Below are positions 51,357-64,000 of a DNA stretch of 64,000 nucleotides, piece after piece; the first letter of the stretch is position 1, and the number at the start of each line of letters is the position of its first letter. Under the pieces are notes generated by a model, which did no database searches, was not told the origin of the DNA, and saw only the letters and a program-made list of their open reading frames with translations. Origin of the DNA: Auanema rhodensis (lineage: Eukaryota > Animalia > Nematoda); NCBI GenBank assembly GCA_964057225.1, contig OZ059894.1:11904001-11968000 (forward strand), read 5' to 3'. A program made the translations under genes and the position numbers.

Positions 51357-51498
51357 AATGTCATATTCTTCATTATCAGTTATATCACTCTAAATCTTGT
51401 TGTTAATAGATACGACCACAAAGAAAACAACAGGAACAGTAACAATAACAAAAAAAATTTTTTTTTCACCTATGTGTCTAAAGGTTAGCCATGTATCC

Positions 51499-51548
<50 letters not shown>

Positions 51549-52875
51549 ACAGTAAAAAGTCCAATCAAGAGAGAAATTTTTTCAACACATAGTTGTTTTT
51601 TTTTAAATATCATTGTTTTTCCTCATAACTCGGTTTAAACTCGTTCTAACCCGTTGAAATACGTCTAGAAAGTCTTTATAACATGCATATGTATGATAGA
51701 ACTTCATATTTATTGTAATAGAAAATTTTATTTTCAGACGTCTTGGTTAACAATGATATGTTTTACCCCCTTATAATTTTTATCATAATGTTCCTTATAC
51801 GGAACGCTCAATGAAACTTGCTTCCAGAAAAATTTCTTTCTATTTTTTCTTCATATGTACGTAGATACTATAGAGAACTATGATAGAAAACTTTAACATT
51901 CACGAAATCATCATTTCTCATTACGCTACGGAGGTTTAAAAAGCTGTGTTTTACCTTATAATAGACCGGAAAACCCTTGTGTTAAAACTGGACCGTTTTT
52001 ACACATATAAAAATGTCCCGTATTCGGGACCCTAATGTAACTTTTGATTCCCTATATTTTTTTTCATGAAATTTACAATCTACTGTAGAAAGAAGAATTA
52101 TTTTTATAAAAACTGTAAATTTTTGAAAAATGAAAACAAAACGAAAACAAAAACAACTTTTTTTTGAACATTTTCTCACACAAGGGTCCCCCCTTACCTA
52201 CTTTTTTTCTCATTACTCGTTTCAACCTCATCCGATCACTCTGCAAACATGTTTAATCGTTCTAACTTGTTGAAATACGTCTTAAAAGTCTAAACAACAT
52301 GCATATGCATAATAGAAACCACCCGAATAGGCCCCCACGCACTAAACGAGATATATACATTACCAGTATAGTAATAGAACACATATTGAAGATTAATTCG
52401 ATAAGAACAATTTATTGACGTAGAGAATGTTTGTTCCGAAAAACTACAATATTAAACTATAAAAGTAACAAAAGCGTAGAGGCAGCAAAGACATGAATAA
52501 ACATAAATGTAAATACAGAATTACCAGGTAGTACATAAGTATGACAAAAAATTATAAGAAAGCCATGAAAATAGAAGGTTTGTGAACAAATGAGAGGTAC
52601 ATCTTTGATCGTATAGTCATTTCTAAACCGTTCGTATGCTGCAGCATCGTCATAAGCGTCACTCAAGTTGAATTTCCATGTGTACTACACGATTTTCATT
52701 CTTATTGTTACATTCTTTCCCTGAGGGAATGGGCCGTTCCCGCCAGCAGTGCAAGAGCGGGTCGACCCGTGAGGTGGAGCTAGCAAGCCAGCATCTACCT
52801 CAAGTCTCAAAAATCGGTTAACCTTATTGTGAACCAATGGAACACATATCGAAGGTTAATTCGATAAGAACGATT

Positions 52876-53663
52876 TATTGAAGTAGATAATGTTTGTCCC
52901 GGAGGACTACAATATTAAAATAATTACTGAAGCCCGAAGGCAGCGAGAAATAGTAAGGATACTACCTGCACTGAGTGCGTCGTATCATAAAAAAAGAGAT
53001 AGCTAATGGGCAAGTTGAAGAGCTTGAAATTAACAATGACGTCACTAGAAGTAAAGTTTTCTATCTGCAGCTGCGGGTAAAGAGGGTCAGCGTAAGCAGA
53101 ATTCAATTCTACCAACAATTAGTGGGAACATTGAGAGAACAGATGAAGGAGGAAATTGTAACTTCAAGTAAAATAGATTATATCTTCAGCTGCGGGTAAA
53201 GAGAGTCAGCTTTGTACAGATTACTAGTTTACATAAGAAGTGGTAACATTTCAAAAAAGGAGCACAACATAAAAAACGAGACTACGGACTATGAGGTAAA
53301 TGTTATCATTGTCTGGATCGATGATTCGGCATTTGATTGCAGCTGCGGATTGAGTGGATCAGCTTGCATGGCGTCCGCATTCGACATCAGGGAAAATGAT
53401 GAGTTTCTTGAGGTCCGGCTCGGCGGGCTGTTATGTCCTATTCCCTGTTGATGGTGTTGTTGTCCTTGAGCTTGTTCTTCTTCCCAGAAAAAAAAAAACT
53501 GTGAAGCTGAAGAGTCCTATTAAACGTCTTTAAACGCAAGATTAATAAGAAGCTACTACAGCTAACACAGGACCGCCTCAAGGCCTGGTAGATCAACCAG
53601 TGTTGCTTCAATCACCAAGTATTGCGGCCTGGGCCCTTGGATCAATTCACAACACCAGTATAG
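52876..53663 (-). mobile_element. Short U2-inserted element, copy 11
   Basis: Matches copy 1. Confidence 0.88.
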
Positions 53664-54184
53664 CAATGGAACACATATCGAAGGTTAATTCGATAAGAAC
53701 GATTACTACACTTTGATCTTAGCCAAAAGGCCGAGAAGCGATACAGCATAGCCATGAGTATCAAAGACATCAAGCAAATGTATCGTACTTGTTACGAGTG
53801 CACTCTCTCATTTGAATATAAAAGTGTGGTTTGACAATCTTGACTGTACAGGTCATAAATGGCTCATATAAACTGTGGATTTACTCAACTTTTGGACTTA
53901 TTTTTTTCTTATTCGAAGCGCTGCACTTTTTTCTATTCTTTTTATTCAAATACTTGTATATAGTTTTATATGTACGGTTGCAAAGTTTCCGAATATTTTA
54001 TATATTTTTATACAATAATTAGGAGAAGGTTAATACAATGAAATCTCCCAACTTTACAGTGTTTGTATTGCTTACAGTATCTAGAACAACCACTCTTGTA
54101 ATATTAGAGCACATATCAATCAACAACTTTTTCTAGTTATCAAAGCTTTTTTATTTCTTCAAGATATTTCAAATAAAATATAAA

Positions 54185-54303
54185 AGCTTACGACACCCGG
54201 GATTCCCAAGCCGTCTCCGATCCAAGTACTAACCGGGCCCAACGTTGCTTGACTTGCCAGATCGGACGGGATGGCGTACTTTCAACGTGGTATGGTCGTA
54301 AGC
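54185..54303 (-). rRNA. 5S: 5S rRNA
   Basis: Identical copy. Confidence 0.98.
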
Positions 54304-54544
54304 AATGTTATATTCTTCATTATCAGTTATATCACTCTAAATCTTGTTGTTAATAGTTAGGACCACAAAGAAAACAACAGGAACAGTAACAAATGAAATG
54401 CCCAAACTTTACAGTGTTCGAGTTATTTACAGTATCTAAGACTACCTCTGTCGTGTTATTAGAGCAAACATTCGATTAACAACAACTTTTTTTTAGTTAT
54501 CAAAGCTTTTTTATTTCTTCAAAAAATTTCAAATAAAATATAAA

Positions 54545-54663
54545 AGCTTACGACACCCGGGATTCCCAAGCCGTCTCCGATCCAAGTACTAACCGGGCCC
54601 AACGTTGCTTGACTTGCCAGATCGGACGGGATGGCGTACTTTCAACGTGGTATGGTCGTAAGC
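54545..54663 (-). rRNA. 5S: 5S rRNA
   Basis: Identical copy. Confidence 0.98.
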
Positions 54664-54805
54664 AATGTCATATTCTTCATTATCAGTTATATCACTCTAA
54701 ATCTTGTTGTTAATAGATACGACCACAAAGAAAACAACAGGAACAGTAACAATAACAAAAAAAATTTTTTTTTCACCTATGTGTCTAAAGGTTAGCCATG
54801 TATCC

Positions 54806-54857
<52 letters not shown>

Positions 54858-56184
54858 ACAGTAAAAAGTCCAATCAAGAGAGAAATTTTTTCAACACATA
54901 GTTGTTTTTTTTTAAATATCATTGTTTTTCCTCATAACTCGGTTTAAACTCGTTCTAACCCGTTGAAATACGTCTAGAAAGTCTTTATAACATGCATATG
55001 TATGATAGAACTTCATATTTATTGTAATAGAAAATTTTATTTTCAGACGTCTTGGTTAACAATGATATGTTTTACCCCCTTATAATTTTTATCATAATGT
55101 TCCTTATACGGAACGCTCAATGAAACTTGCTTCCAGAAAAATTTCTTTCTATTTTTTCTTCATATGTACGTAGATACTATAGAGAACTATGATAGAAAAC
55201 TTTAACATTCACGAAATCATCATTTCTCATTACGCTACGGAGGTTTAAAAAGCTGTGTTTTACCTTATAATAGACCGGAAAACCCTTGTGTTAAAACTGG
55301 ACCGTTTTTACACATATAAAAATGTCCCGTATTCGGGACCCTAATGTAACTTTTGATTCCCTATATTTTTTTTCATGAAATTTACAATCTACTGTAGAAA
55401 GAAGAATTATTTTTATAAAAACTGTAAATTTTTGAAAAATGAAAACAAAACGAAAACAAAAACAACTTTTTTTTGAACATTTTCTCACACAAGGGTCCCC
55501 CCTTACCTACTTTTTTTCTCATTACTCGTTTCAACCTCATCCGATCACTCTGCAAACATGTTTAATCGTTCTAACTTGTTGAAATACGTCTTAAAAGTCT
55601 AAACAACATGCATATGCATAATAGAAACCACCCGAATAGGCCCCCACGCACTAAACGAGATATATACATTACCAGTATAGTAATAGAACACATATTGAAG
55701 ATTAATTCGATAAGAACAATTTATTGACGTAGAGAATGTTTGTTCCGAAAAACTACAATATTAAACTATAAAAGTAACAAAAGCGTAGAGGCAGCAAAGA
55801 CATGAATAAACATAAATGTAAATACAGAATTACCAGGTAGTACATAAGTATGACAAAAAATTATAAGAAAGCCATGAAAATAGAAGGTTTGTGAACAAAT
55901 GAGAGGTACATCTTTGATCGTATAGTCATTTCTAAACCGTTCGTATGCTGCAGCATCGTCATAAGCGTCACTCAAGTTGAATTTCCATGTGTACTACACG
56001 ATTTTCATTCTTATTGTTACATTCTTTCCCTGAGGGAATGGGCCGTTCCCGCCAGCAGTGCAAGAGCGGGTCGACCCGTGAGGTGGAGCTAGCAAGCCAG
56101 CATCTACCTCAAGTCTCAAAAATCGGTTAACCTTATTGTGAACCAATGGAACACATATCGAAGGTTAATTCGATAAGAACGATT

Positions 56185-56972
56185 TATTGAAGTAGATAAT
56201 GTTTGTCCCGGAGGACTACAATATTAAAATAATTACTGAAGCCCGAAGGCAGCGAGAAATAGTAAGGATACTACCTGCACTGAGTGCGTCGTATCATAAA
56301 AAAAGAGATAGCTAATGGGCAAGTTGAAGAGCTTGAAATTAACAATGACGTCACTAGAAGTAAAGTTTTCTATCTGCAGCTGCGGGTAAAGAGGGTCAGC
56401 GTAAGCAGAATTCAATTCTACCAACAATTAGTGGGAACATTGAGAGAACAGATGAAGGAGGAAATTGTAACTTCAAGTAAAATAGATTATATCTTCAGCT
56501 GCGGGTAAAGAGAGTCAGCTTTGTACAGATTACTAGTTTACATAAGAAGTGGTAACATTTCAAAAAAGGAGCACAACATAAAAAACGAGACTACGGACTA
56601 TGAGGTAAATGTTATCATTGTCTGGATCGATGATTCGGCATTTGATTGCAGCTGCGGATTGAGTGGATCAGCTTGCATGGCGTCCGCATTCGACATCAGG
56701 GAAAATGATGAGTTTCTTGAGGTCCGGCTCGGCGGGCTGTTATGTCCTATTCCCTGTTGATGGTGTTGTTGTCCTTGAGCTTGTTCTTCTTCCCAGAAAA
56801 AAAAAAACTGTGAAGCTGAAGAGTCCTATTAAACGTCTTTAAACGCAAGATTAATAAGAAGCTACTACAGCTAACACAGGACCGCCTCAAGGCCTGGTAG
56901 ATCAACCAGTGTTGCTTCAATCACCAAGTATTGCGGCCTGGGCCCTTGGATCAATTCACAACACCAGTATAG
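56185..56972 (-). mobile_element. Short U2-inserted element, copy 12
   Basis: Matches copy 1. Confidence 0.88.
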
Positions 56973-57493
56973 CAATGGAACACATATCGAAGGTTAATTC
57001 GATAAGAACGATTACTACACTTTGATCTTAGCCAAAAGGCCGAGAAGCGATACAGCATAGCCATGAGTATCAAAGACATCAAGCAAATGTATCGTACTTG
57101 TTACGAGTGCACTCTCTCATTTGAATATAAAAGTGTGGTTTGACAATCTTGACTGTACAGGTCATAAATGGCTCATATAAACTGTGGATTTACTCAACTT
57201 TTGGACTTATTTTTTTCTTATTCGAAGCGCTGCACTTTTTTCTATTCTTTTTATTCAAATACTTGTATATAGTTTTATATGTACGGTTGCAAAGTTTCCG
57301 AATATTTTATATATTTTTATACAATAATTAGGAGAAGGTTAATACAATGAAATCTCCCAACTTTACAGTGTTTGTATTGCTTACAGTATCTAGAACAACC
57401 ACTCTTGTAATATTAGAGCACATATCAATCAACAACTTTTTCTAGTTATCAAAGCTTTTTTATTTCTTCAAGATATTTCAAATAAAATATAAA

Positions 57494-57612
57494 AGCTTAC
57501 GACACCCGGGATTCCCAAGCCGTCTCCGATCCAAGTACTAACCGGGCCCAACGTTGCTTGACTTGCCAGATCGGACGGGATGGCGTACTTTCAACGTGGT
57601 ATGGTCGTAAGC
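57494..57612 (-). rRNA. 5S: 5S rRNA
   Basis: Identical copy. Confidence 0.98.
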
Positions 57613-57853
57613 AATGTTATATTCTTCATTATCAGTTATATCACTCTAAATCTTGTTGTTAATAGTTAGGACCACAAAGAAAACAACAGGAACAGTAACA
57701 AATGAAATGCCCAAACTTTACAGTGTTCGAGTTATTTACAGTATCTAAGACTACCTCTGTCGTGTTATTAGAGCAAACATTCGATTAACAACAACTTTTT
57801 TTTAGTTATCAAAGCTTTTTTATTTCTTCAAAAAATTTCAAATAAAATATAAA

Positions 57854-57972
57854 AGCTTACGACACCCGGGATTCCCAAGCCGTCTCCGATCCAAGTACTA
57901 ACCGGGCCCAACGTTGCTTGACTTGCCAGATCGGACGGGATGGCGTACTTTCAACGTGGTATGGTCGTAAGC
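57854..57972 (-). rRNA. 5S: 5S rRNA
   Basis: Identical copy. Confidence 0.98.
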
Positions 57973-58114
57973 AATGTCATATTCTTCATTATCAGTTATA
58001 TCACTCTAAATCTTGTTGTTAATAGATACGACCACAAAGAAAACAACAGGAACAGTAACAATAACAAAAAAAATTTTTTTTTCACCTATGTGTCTAAAGG
58101 TTAGCCATGTATCC

Positions 58115-58166
<52 letters not shown>

Positions 58167-59493
58167 ACAGTAAAAAGTCCAATCAAGAGAGAAATTTTTT
58201 CAACACATAGTTGTTTTTTTTTAAATATCATTGTTTTTCCTCATAACTCGGTTTAAACTCGTTCTAACCCGTTGAAATACGTCTAGAAAGTCTTTATAAC
58301 ATGCATATGTATGATAGAACTTCATATTTATTGTAATAGAAAATTTTATTTTCAGACGTCTTGGTTAACAATGATATGTTTTACCCCCTTATAATTTTTA
58401 TCATAATGTTCCTTATACGGAACGCTCAATGAAACTTGCTTCCAGAAAAATTTCTTTCTATTTTTTCTTCATATGTACGTAGATACTATAGAGAACTATG
58501 ATAGAAAACTTTAACATTCACGAAATCATCATTTCTCATTACGCTACGGAGGTTTAAAAAGCTGTGTTTTACCTTATAATAGACCGGAAAACCCTTGTGT
58601 TAAAACTGGACCGTTTTTACACATATAAAAATGTCCCGTATTCGGGACCCTAATGTAACTTTTGATTCCCTATATTTTTTTTCATGAAATTTACAATCTA
58701 CTGTAGAAAGAAGAATTATTTTTATAAAAACTGTAAATTTTTGAAAAATGAAAACAAAACGAAAACAAAAACAACTTTTTTTTGAACATTTTCTCACACA
58801 AGGGTCCCCCCTTACCTACTTTTTTTCTCATTACTCGTTTCAACCTCATCCGATCACTCTGCAAACATGTTTAATCGTTCTAACTTGTTGAAATACGTCT
58901 TAAAAGTCTAAACAACATGCATATGCATAATAGAAACCACCCGAATAGGCCCCCACGCACTAAACGAGATATATACATTACCAGTATAGTAATAGAACAC
59001 ATATTGAAGATTAATTCGATAAGAACAATTTATTGACGTAGAGAATGTTTGTTCCGAAAAACTACAATATTAAACTATAAAAGTAACAAAAGCGTAGAGG
59101 CAGCAAAGACATGAATAAACATAAATGTAAATACAGAATTACCAGGTAGTACATAAGTATGACAAAAAATTATAAGAAAGCCATGAAAATAGAAGGTTTG
59201 TGAACAAATGAGAGGTACATCTTTGATCGTATAGTCATTTCTAAACCGTTCGTATGCTGCAGCATCGTCATAAGCGTCACTCAAGTTGAATTTCCATGTG
59301 TACTACACGATTTTCATTCTTATTGTTACATTCTTTCCCTGAGGGAATGGGCCGTTCCCGCCAGCAGTGCAAGAGCGGGTCGACCCGTGAGGTGGAGCTA
59401 GCAAGCCAGCATCTACCTCAAGTCTCAAAAATCGGTTAACCTTATTGTGAACCAATGGAACACATATCGAAGGTTAATTCGATAAGAACGATT

Positions 59494-60281
59494 TATTGAA
59501 GTAGATAATGTTTGTCCCGGAGGACTACAATATTAAAATAATTACTGAAGCCCGAAGGCAGCGAGAAATAGTAAGGATACTACCTGCACTGAGTGCGTCG
59601 TATCATAAAAAAAGAGATAGCTAATGGGCAAGTTGAAGAGCTTGAAATTAACAATGACGTCACTAGAAGTAAAGTTTTCTATCTGCAGCTGCGGGTAAAG
59701 AGGGTCAGCGTAAGCAGAATTCAATTCTACCAACAATTAGTGGGAACATTGAGAGAACAGATGAAGGAGGAAATTGTAACTTCAAGTAAAATAGATTATA
59801 TCTTCAGCTGCGGGTAAAGAGAGTCAGCTTTGTACAGATTACTAGTTTACATAAGAAGTGGTAACATTTCAAAAAAGGAGCACAACATAAAAAACGAGAC
59901 TACGGACTATGAGGTAAATGTTATCATTGTCTGGATCGATGATTCGGCATTTGATTGCAGCTGCGGATTGAGTGGATCAGCTTGCATGGCGTCCGCATTC
60001 GACATCAGGGAAAATGATGAGTTTCTTGAGGTCCGGCTCGGCGGGCTGTTATGTCCTATTCCCTGTTGATGGTGTTGTTGTCCTTGAGCTTGTTCTTCTT
60101 CCCAGAAAAAAAAAAACTGTGAAGCTGAAGAGTCCTATTAAACGTCTTTAAACGCAAGATTAATAAGAAGCTACTACAGCTAACACAGGACCGCCTCAAG
60201 GCCTGGTAGATCAACCAGTGTTGCTTCAATCACCAAGTATTGCGGCCTGGGCCCTTGGATCAATTCACAACACCAGTATAG
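59494..60281 (-). mobile_element. Short U2-inserted element, copy 13
   Basis: Matches copy 1. Confidence 0.88.
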
Positions 60282-60802
60282 CAATGGAACACATATCGAA
60301 GGTTAATTCGATAAGAACGATTACTACACTTTGATCTTAGCCAAAAGGCCGAGAAGCGATACAGCATAGCCATGAGTATCAAAGACATCAAGCAAATGTA
60401 TCGTACTTGTTACGAGTGCACTCTCTCATTTGAATATAAAAGTGTGGTTTGACAATCTTGACTGTACAGGTCATAAATGGCTCATATAAACTGTGGATTT
60501 ACTCAACTTTTGGACTTATTTTTTTCTTATTCGAAGCGCTGCACTTTTTTCTATTCTTTTTATTCAAATACTTGTATATAGTTTTATATGTACGGTTGCA
60601 AAGTTTCCGAATATTTTATATATTTTTATACAATAATTAGGAGAAGGTTAATACAATGAAATCTCCCAACTTTACAGTGTTTGTATTGCTTACAGTATCT
60701 AGAACAACCACTCTTGTAATATTAGAGCACATATCAATCAACAACTTTTTCTAGTTATCAAAGCTTTTTTATTTCTTCAAGATATTTCAAATAAAATATA
60801 AA

Positions 60803-60921
60803 AGCTTACGACACCCGGGATTCCCAAGCCGTCTCCGATCCAAGTACTAACCGGGCCCAACGTTGCTTGACTTGCCAGATCGGACGGGATGGCGTACTTT
60901 CAACGTGGTATGGTCGTAAGC
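60803..60921 (-). rRNA. 5S: 5S rRNA (single-5S unit)
   Basis: Identical copy, hybrid flanks. Confidence 0.98.
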
Positions 60922-61063
60922 AATGTTATATTCTTCATTATCAGTTATATCACTCTAAATCTTGTTGTTAATAGATACGACCACAAAGAAAACAACAGGA
61001 ACAGTAACAATAACAAAAAAAATTTTTTTTTCACCTATGTGTCTAAAGGTTAGCCATGTATCC

Positions 61064-61111
<48 letters not shown>

Positions 61112-62436
61112 ACAGTAAAAAGTCCAATCAAGAGAGAAATTTTTTCAACACATAGTTGTTTTTTTTTAAATATCATTGTTTTTCCTCATAACTCGGTTTA
61201 AACTCGTTCTAACCCGTTGAAATACGTCTAGAAAGTCTTTATAACATGCATATGTATGATAGAACTTCATATTTATTGTAATAGAAAATTTTATTTTCAG
61301 ACGTCTTGGTTAACAATGATATGTTTTACCCCCTTATAATTTTTATCATAATGTTCCTTATACGGAACGCTCAATGAAACTTGCTTCCAGAAAAATTTCT
61401 TTCTATTTTTTCTTCATATGTACGTAGATACTATAGAGAACTATGATAGAAAACTTTAACATTCACGAAATCATCATTTCTCATTACGCTACGGAGGTTT
61501 AAAAAGCTGTGTTTTACCTTATAATAGACCGGAAAACCCTTGTTAAAACTGGACCGTTTTTACACATATAAAAATGTCCCGTATTCGGGACCCTAATGTA
61601 ACTTTTGATTCCCTATATTTTTTTTCATGAAATTTACAATCTACTGTAGAAAGAAGAATTATTTTTATAAAAACTGTAAATTTTTGAAAAATGAAAACAA
61701 AACGAAAACAAAAACAACTTTTTTTTGAACATTTTCTCACACAAGGGTCCCCCCTTACCTACTTTTTTTCTCATTACTCGTTTCAACCTCATCCGATCAC
61801 TCTGCAAACATGTTTAATCGTTCTAACTTGTTGAAATACGTCTTAAAAGTCTAAACAACATGCATATGCATAATAGAAACCACCCGAATAGGCCCCCACG
61901 CACTAAACGAGATATATACATTACCAGTATAGTAATAGAACACATATTGAAGATTAATTCGATAAGAACAATTTATTGACGTAGAGAATGTTTGTTCCGA
62001 AAAACTACAATATTAAACTATAAAAGTAACAAAAGCGTAGAGGCAGCAAAGACATGAATAAACATAAATGTAAATACAGAATTACCAGGTAGTACATAAG
62101 TATGACAAAAAATTATAAGAAAGCCATGAAAATAGAAGGTTTGTGAACAAATGAGAGGTACATCTTTGATCGTATAGTCATTTCTAAACCGTTCGTATGC
62201 TGCAGCATCGTCATAAGCGTCACTCAAGTTGAATTTCCATGTGTACTACACGATTTTCATTCTTATTGTTACATTCTTTCCCTGAGGGAATGGGCCGTTC
62301 CCGCCAGCAGTGCAAGAGCGGGTCGACCCGTGAGGTGGAGCTAGCAAGCCAGCATCTACCTCAAGTCTCAAAAATCGGTTAACCTTATTGTGAACCAATG
62401 GAACACATATCGAAGGTTAATTCGATAAGAACGATT

Positions 62437-63224
62437 TATTGAAGTAGATAATGTTTGTCCCGGAGGACTACAATATTAAAATAATTACTGAAGCCCGAAG
62501 GCAGCGAGAAATAGTAAGGATACTACCTGCACTGAGTGCGTCGTATCATAAAAAAAGAGATAGCTAATGGGCAAGTTGAAGAGCTTGAAATTAACAATGA
62601 CGTCACTAGAAGTAAAGTTTTCTATCTGCAGCTGCGGGTAAAGAGGGTCAGCGTAAGCAGAATTCAATTCTACCAACAATTAGTGGGAACATTGAGAGAA
62701 CAGATGAAGGAGGAAATTGTAACTTCAAGTAAAATAGATTATATCTTCAGCTGCGGGTAAAGAGAGTCAGCTTTGTACAGATTACTAGTTTACATAAGAA
62801 GTGGTAACATTTCAAAAAAGGAGCACAACATAAAAAACGAGACTACGGACTATGAGGTAAATGTTATCATTGTCTGGATCGATGATTCGGCATTTGATTG
62901 CAGCTGCGGATTGAGTGGATCAGCTTGCATGGCGTCCGCATTCGACATCAGGGAAAATGATGAGTTTCTTGAGGTCCGGCTCGGCGGGCTGTTATGTCCT
63001 ATTCCCTGTTGATGGTGTTGTTGTCCTTGAGCTTGTTCTTCTTCCCAGAAAAAAAAAAACTGTGAAGCTGAAGAGTCCTATTAAACGTCTTTAAACGCAA
63101 GATTAATAAGAAGCTACTACAGCTAACACAGGACCGCCTCAAGGCCTGGTAGATCAACCAGTGTTGCTTCAATCACCAAGTATTGCGGCCTGGGCCCTTG
63201 GATCAATTCACAACACCAGTATAG
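62437..63224 (-). mobile_element. Short U2-inserted element, copy 14
   Basis: Matches copy 1. Confidence 0.88.
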
Positions 63225-63745
63225 CAATGGAACACATATCGAAGGTTAATTCGATAAGAACGATTACTACACTTTGATCTTAGCCAAAAGGCCGAGAAGC
63301 GATACAGCATAGCCATGAGTATCAAAGACATCAAGCAAATGTATCGTACTTGTTACGAGTGCACTCTCTCATTTGAATATAAAAGTGTGGTTTGACAATC
63401 TTGACTGTACAGGTCATAAATGGCTCATATAAACTGTGGATTTACTCAACTTTTGGACTTATTTTTTTCTTATTCGAAGCGCTGCACTTTTTTCTATTCT
63501 TTTTATTCAAATACTTGTATATAGTTTTATATGTACGGTTGCAAAGTTTCCGAATATTTTATATATTTTTATACAATAATTAGGAGAAGGTTAATACAAT
63601 GAAATCTCCCAACTTTACAGTGTTTGTATTGCTTACAGTATCTAGAACAACCACTCTTGTAATATTAGAGCACATATCAATCAACAACTTTTTCTAGTTA
63701 TCAAAGCTTTTTTATTTCTTCAAGATATTTCAAATAAAATATAAA

Positions 63746-63864
63746 AGCTTACGACACCCGGGATTCCCAAGCCGTCTCCGATCCAAGTACTAACCGGGCC
63801 CAACGTTGCTTGACTTGCCAGATCGGACGGGATGGCGTACTTTCAACGTGGTATGGTCGTAAGC
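63746..63864 (-). rRNA. 5S: 5S rRNA
   Basis: Identical copy; partner copy would lie beyond window end. Confidence 0.98.
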
Positions 63865-64000
63865 AATGTTATATTCTTCATTATCAGTTATATCACTCTA
63901 AATCTTGTTGTTAATAGTTAGGACCACAAAGAAAACAACAGGAACAGTAACAAATGAAATGCCCAAACTTTACAGTGTTCGAGTTATTTACAGTATCTAA

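Larger units (their letters stand above)
1..64000 (-). repeat. Tandem array of linked 5S rRNA + U2 snRNA units (basic unit ~2.48 kb; +829 bp with short insert; +3768 bp with retrotransposon; -360 bp when one 5S is lost)
   Basis: Near-identical blocks recur through the window; identical spurious ORFs recur at spacings of ~2477, ~3305-3309, ~2945 and 6247 bp; runs off both window ends. Confidence 0.99.

Overview
Eukaryotic, AT-rich, non-coding-RNA gene array. The 5S and U2 sequences look nematode-like, which is inference. The whole window is a head-to-tail array of ~2.48-kb units. Each unit carries, on the minus strand, two (sometimes one) 5S rRNA genes and one U2 snRNA gene: 37 5S copies and 20 U2 loci in total. 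Only 5 of the 20 U2 loci are intact. One is interrupted by a full-length, open-ORF non-LTR retrotransposon with zinc fingers, RT and a restriction-like endonuclease (Utopia-type, U2-targeting). Fourteen are interrupted at the same position (U2 nt 38/39) by a 788-bp non-coding element that shares its 3' terminus with the autonomous element. Both elements are preceded by an extra copy of U2 sequence (nt 39-79 or 38-96) that regenerates the target site. Every unit, including those with intact U2, also holds a decayed tail-U2-head junction of the short element. The best candidate for an undescribed system is this U2-specific autonomous/non-autonomous retroelement pair in a 5S-U2 linked array. All short ORFs in the track are treated as spurious.
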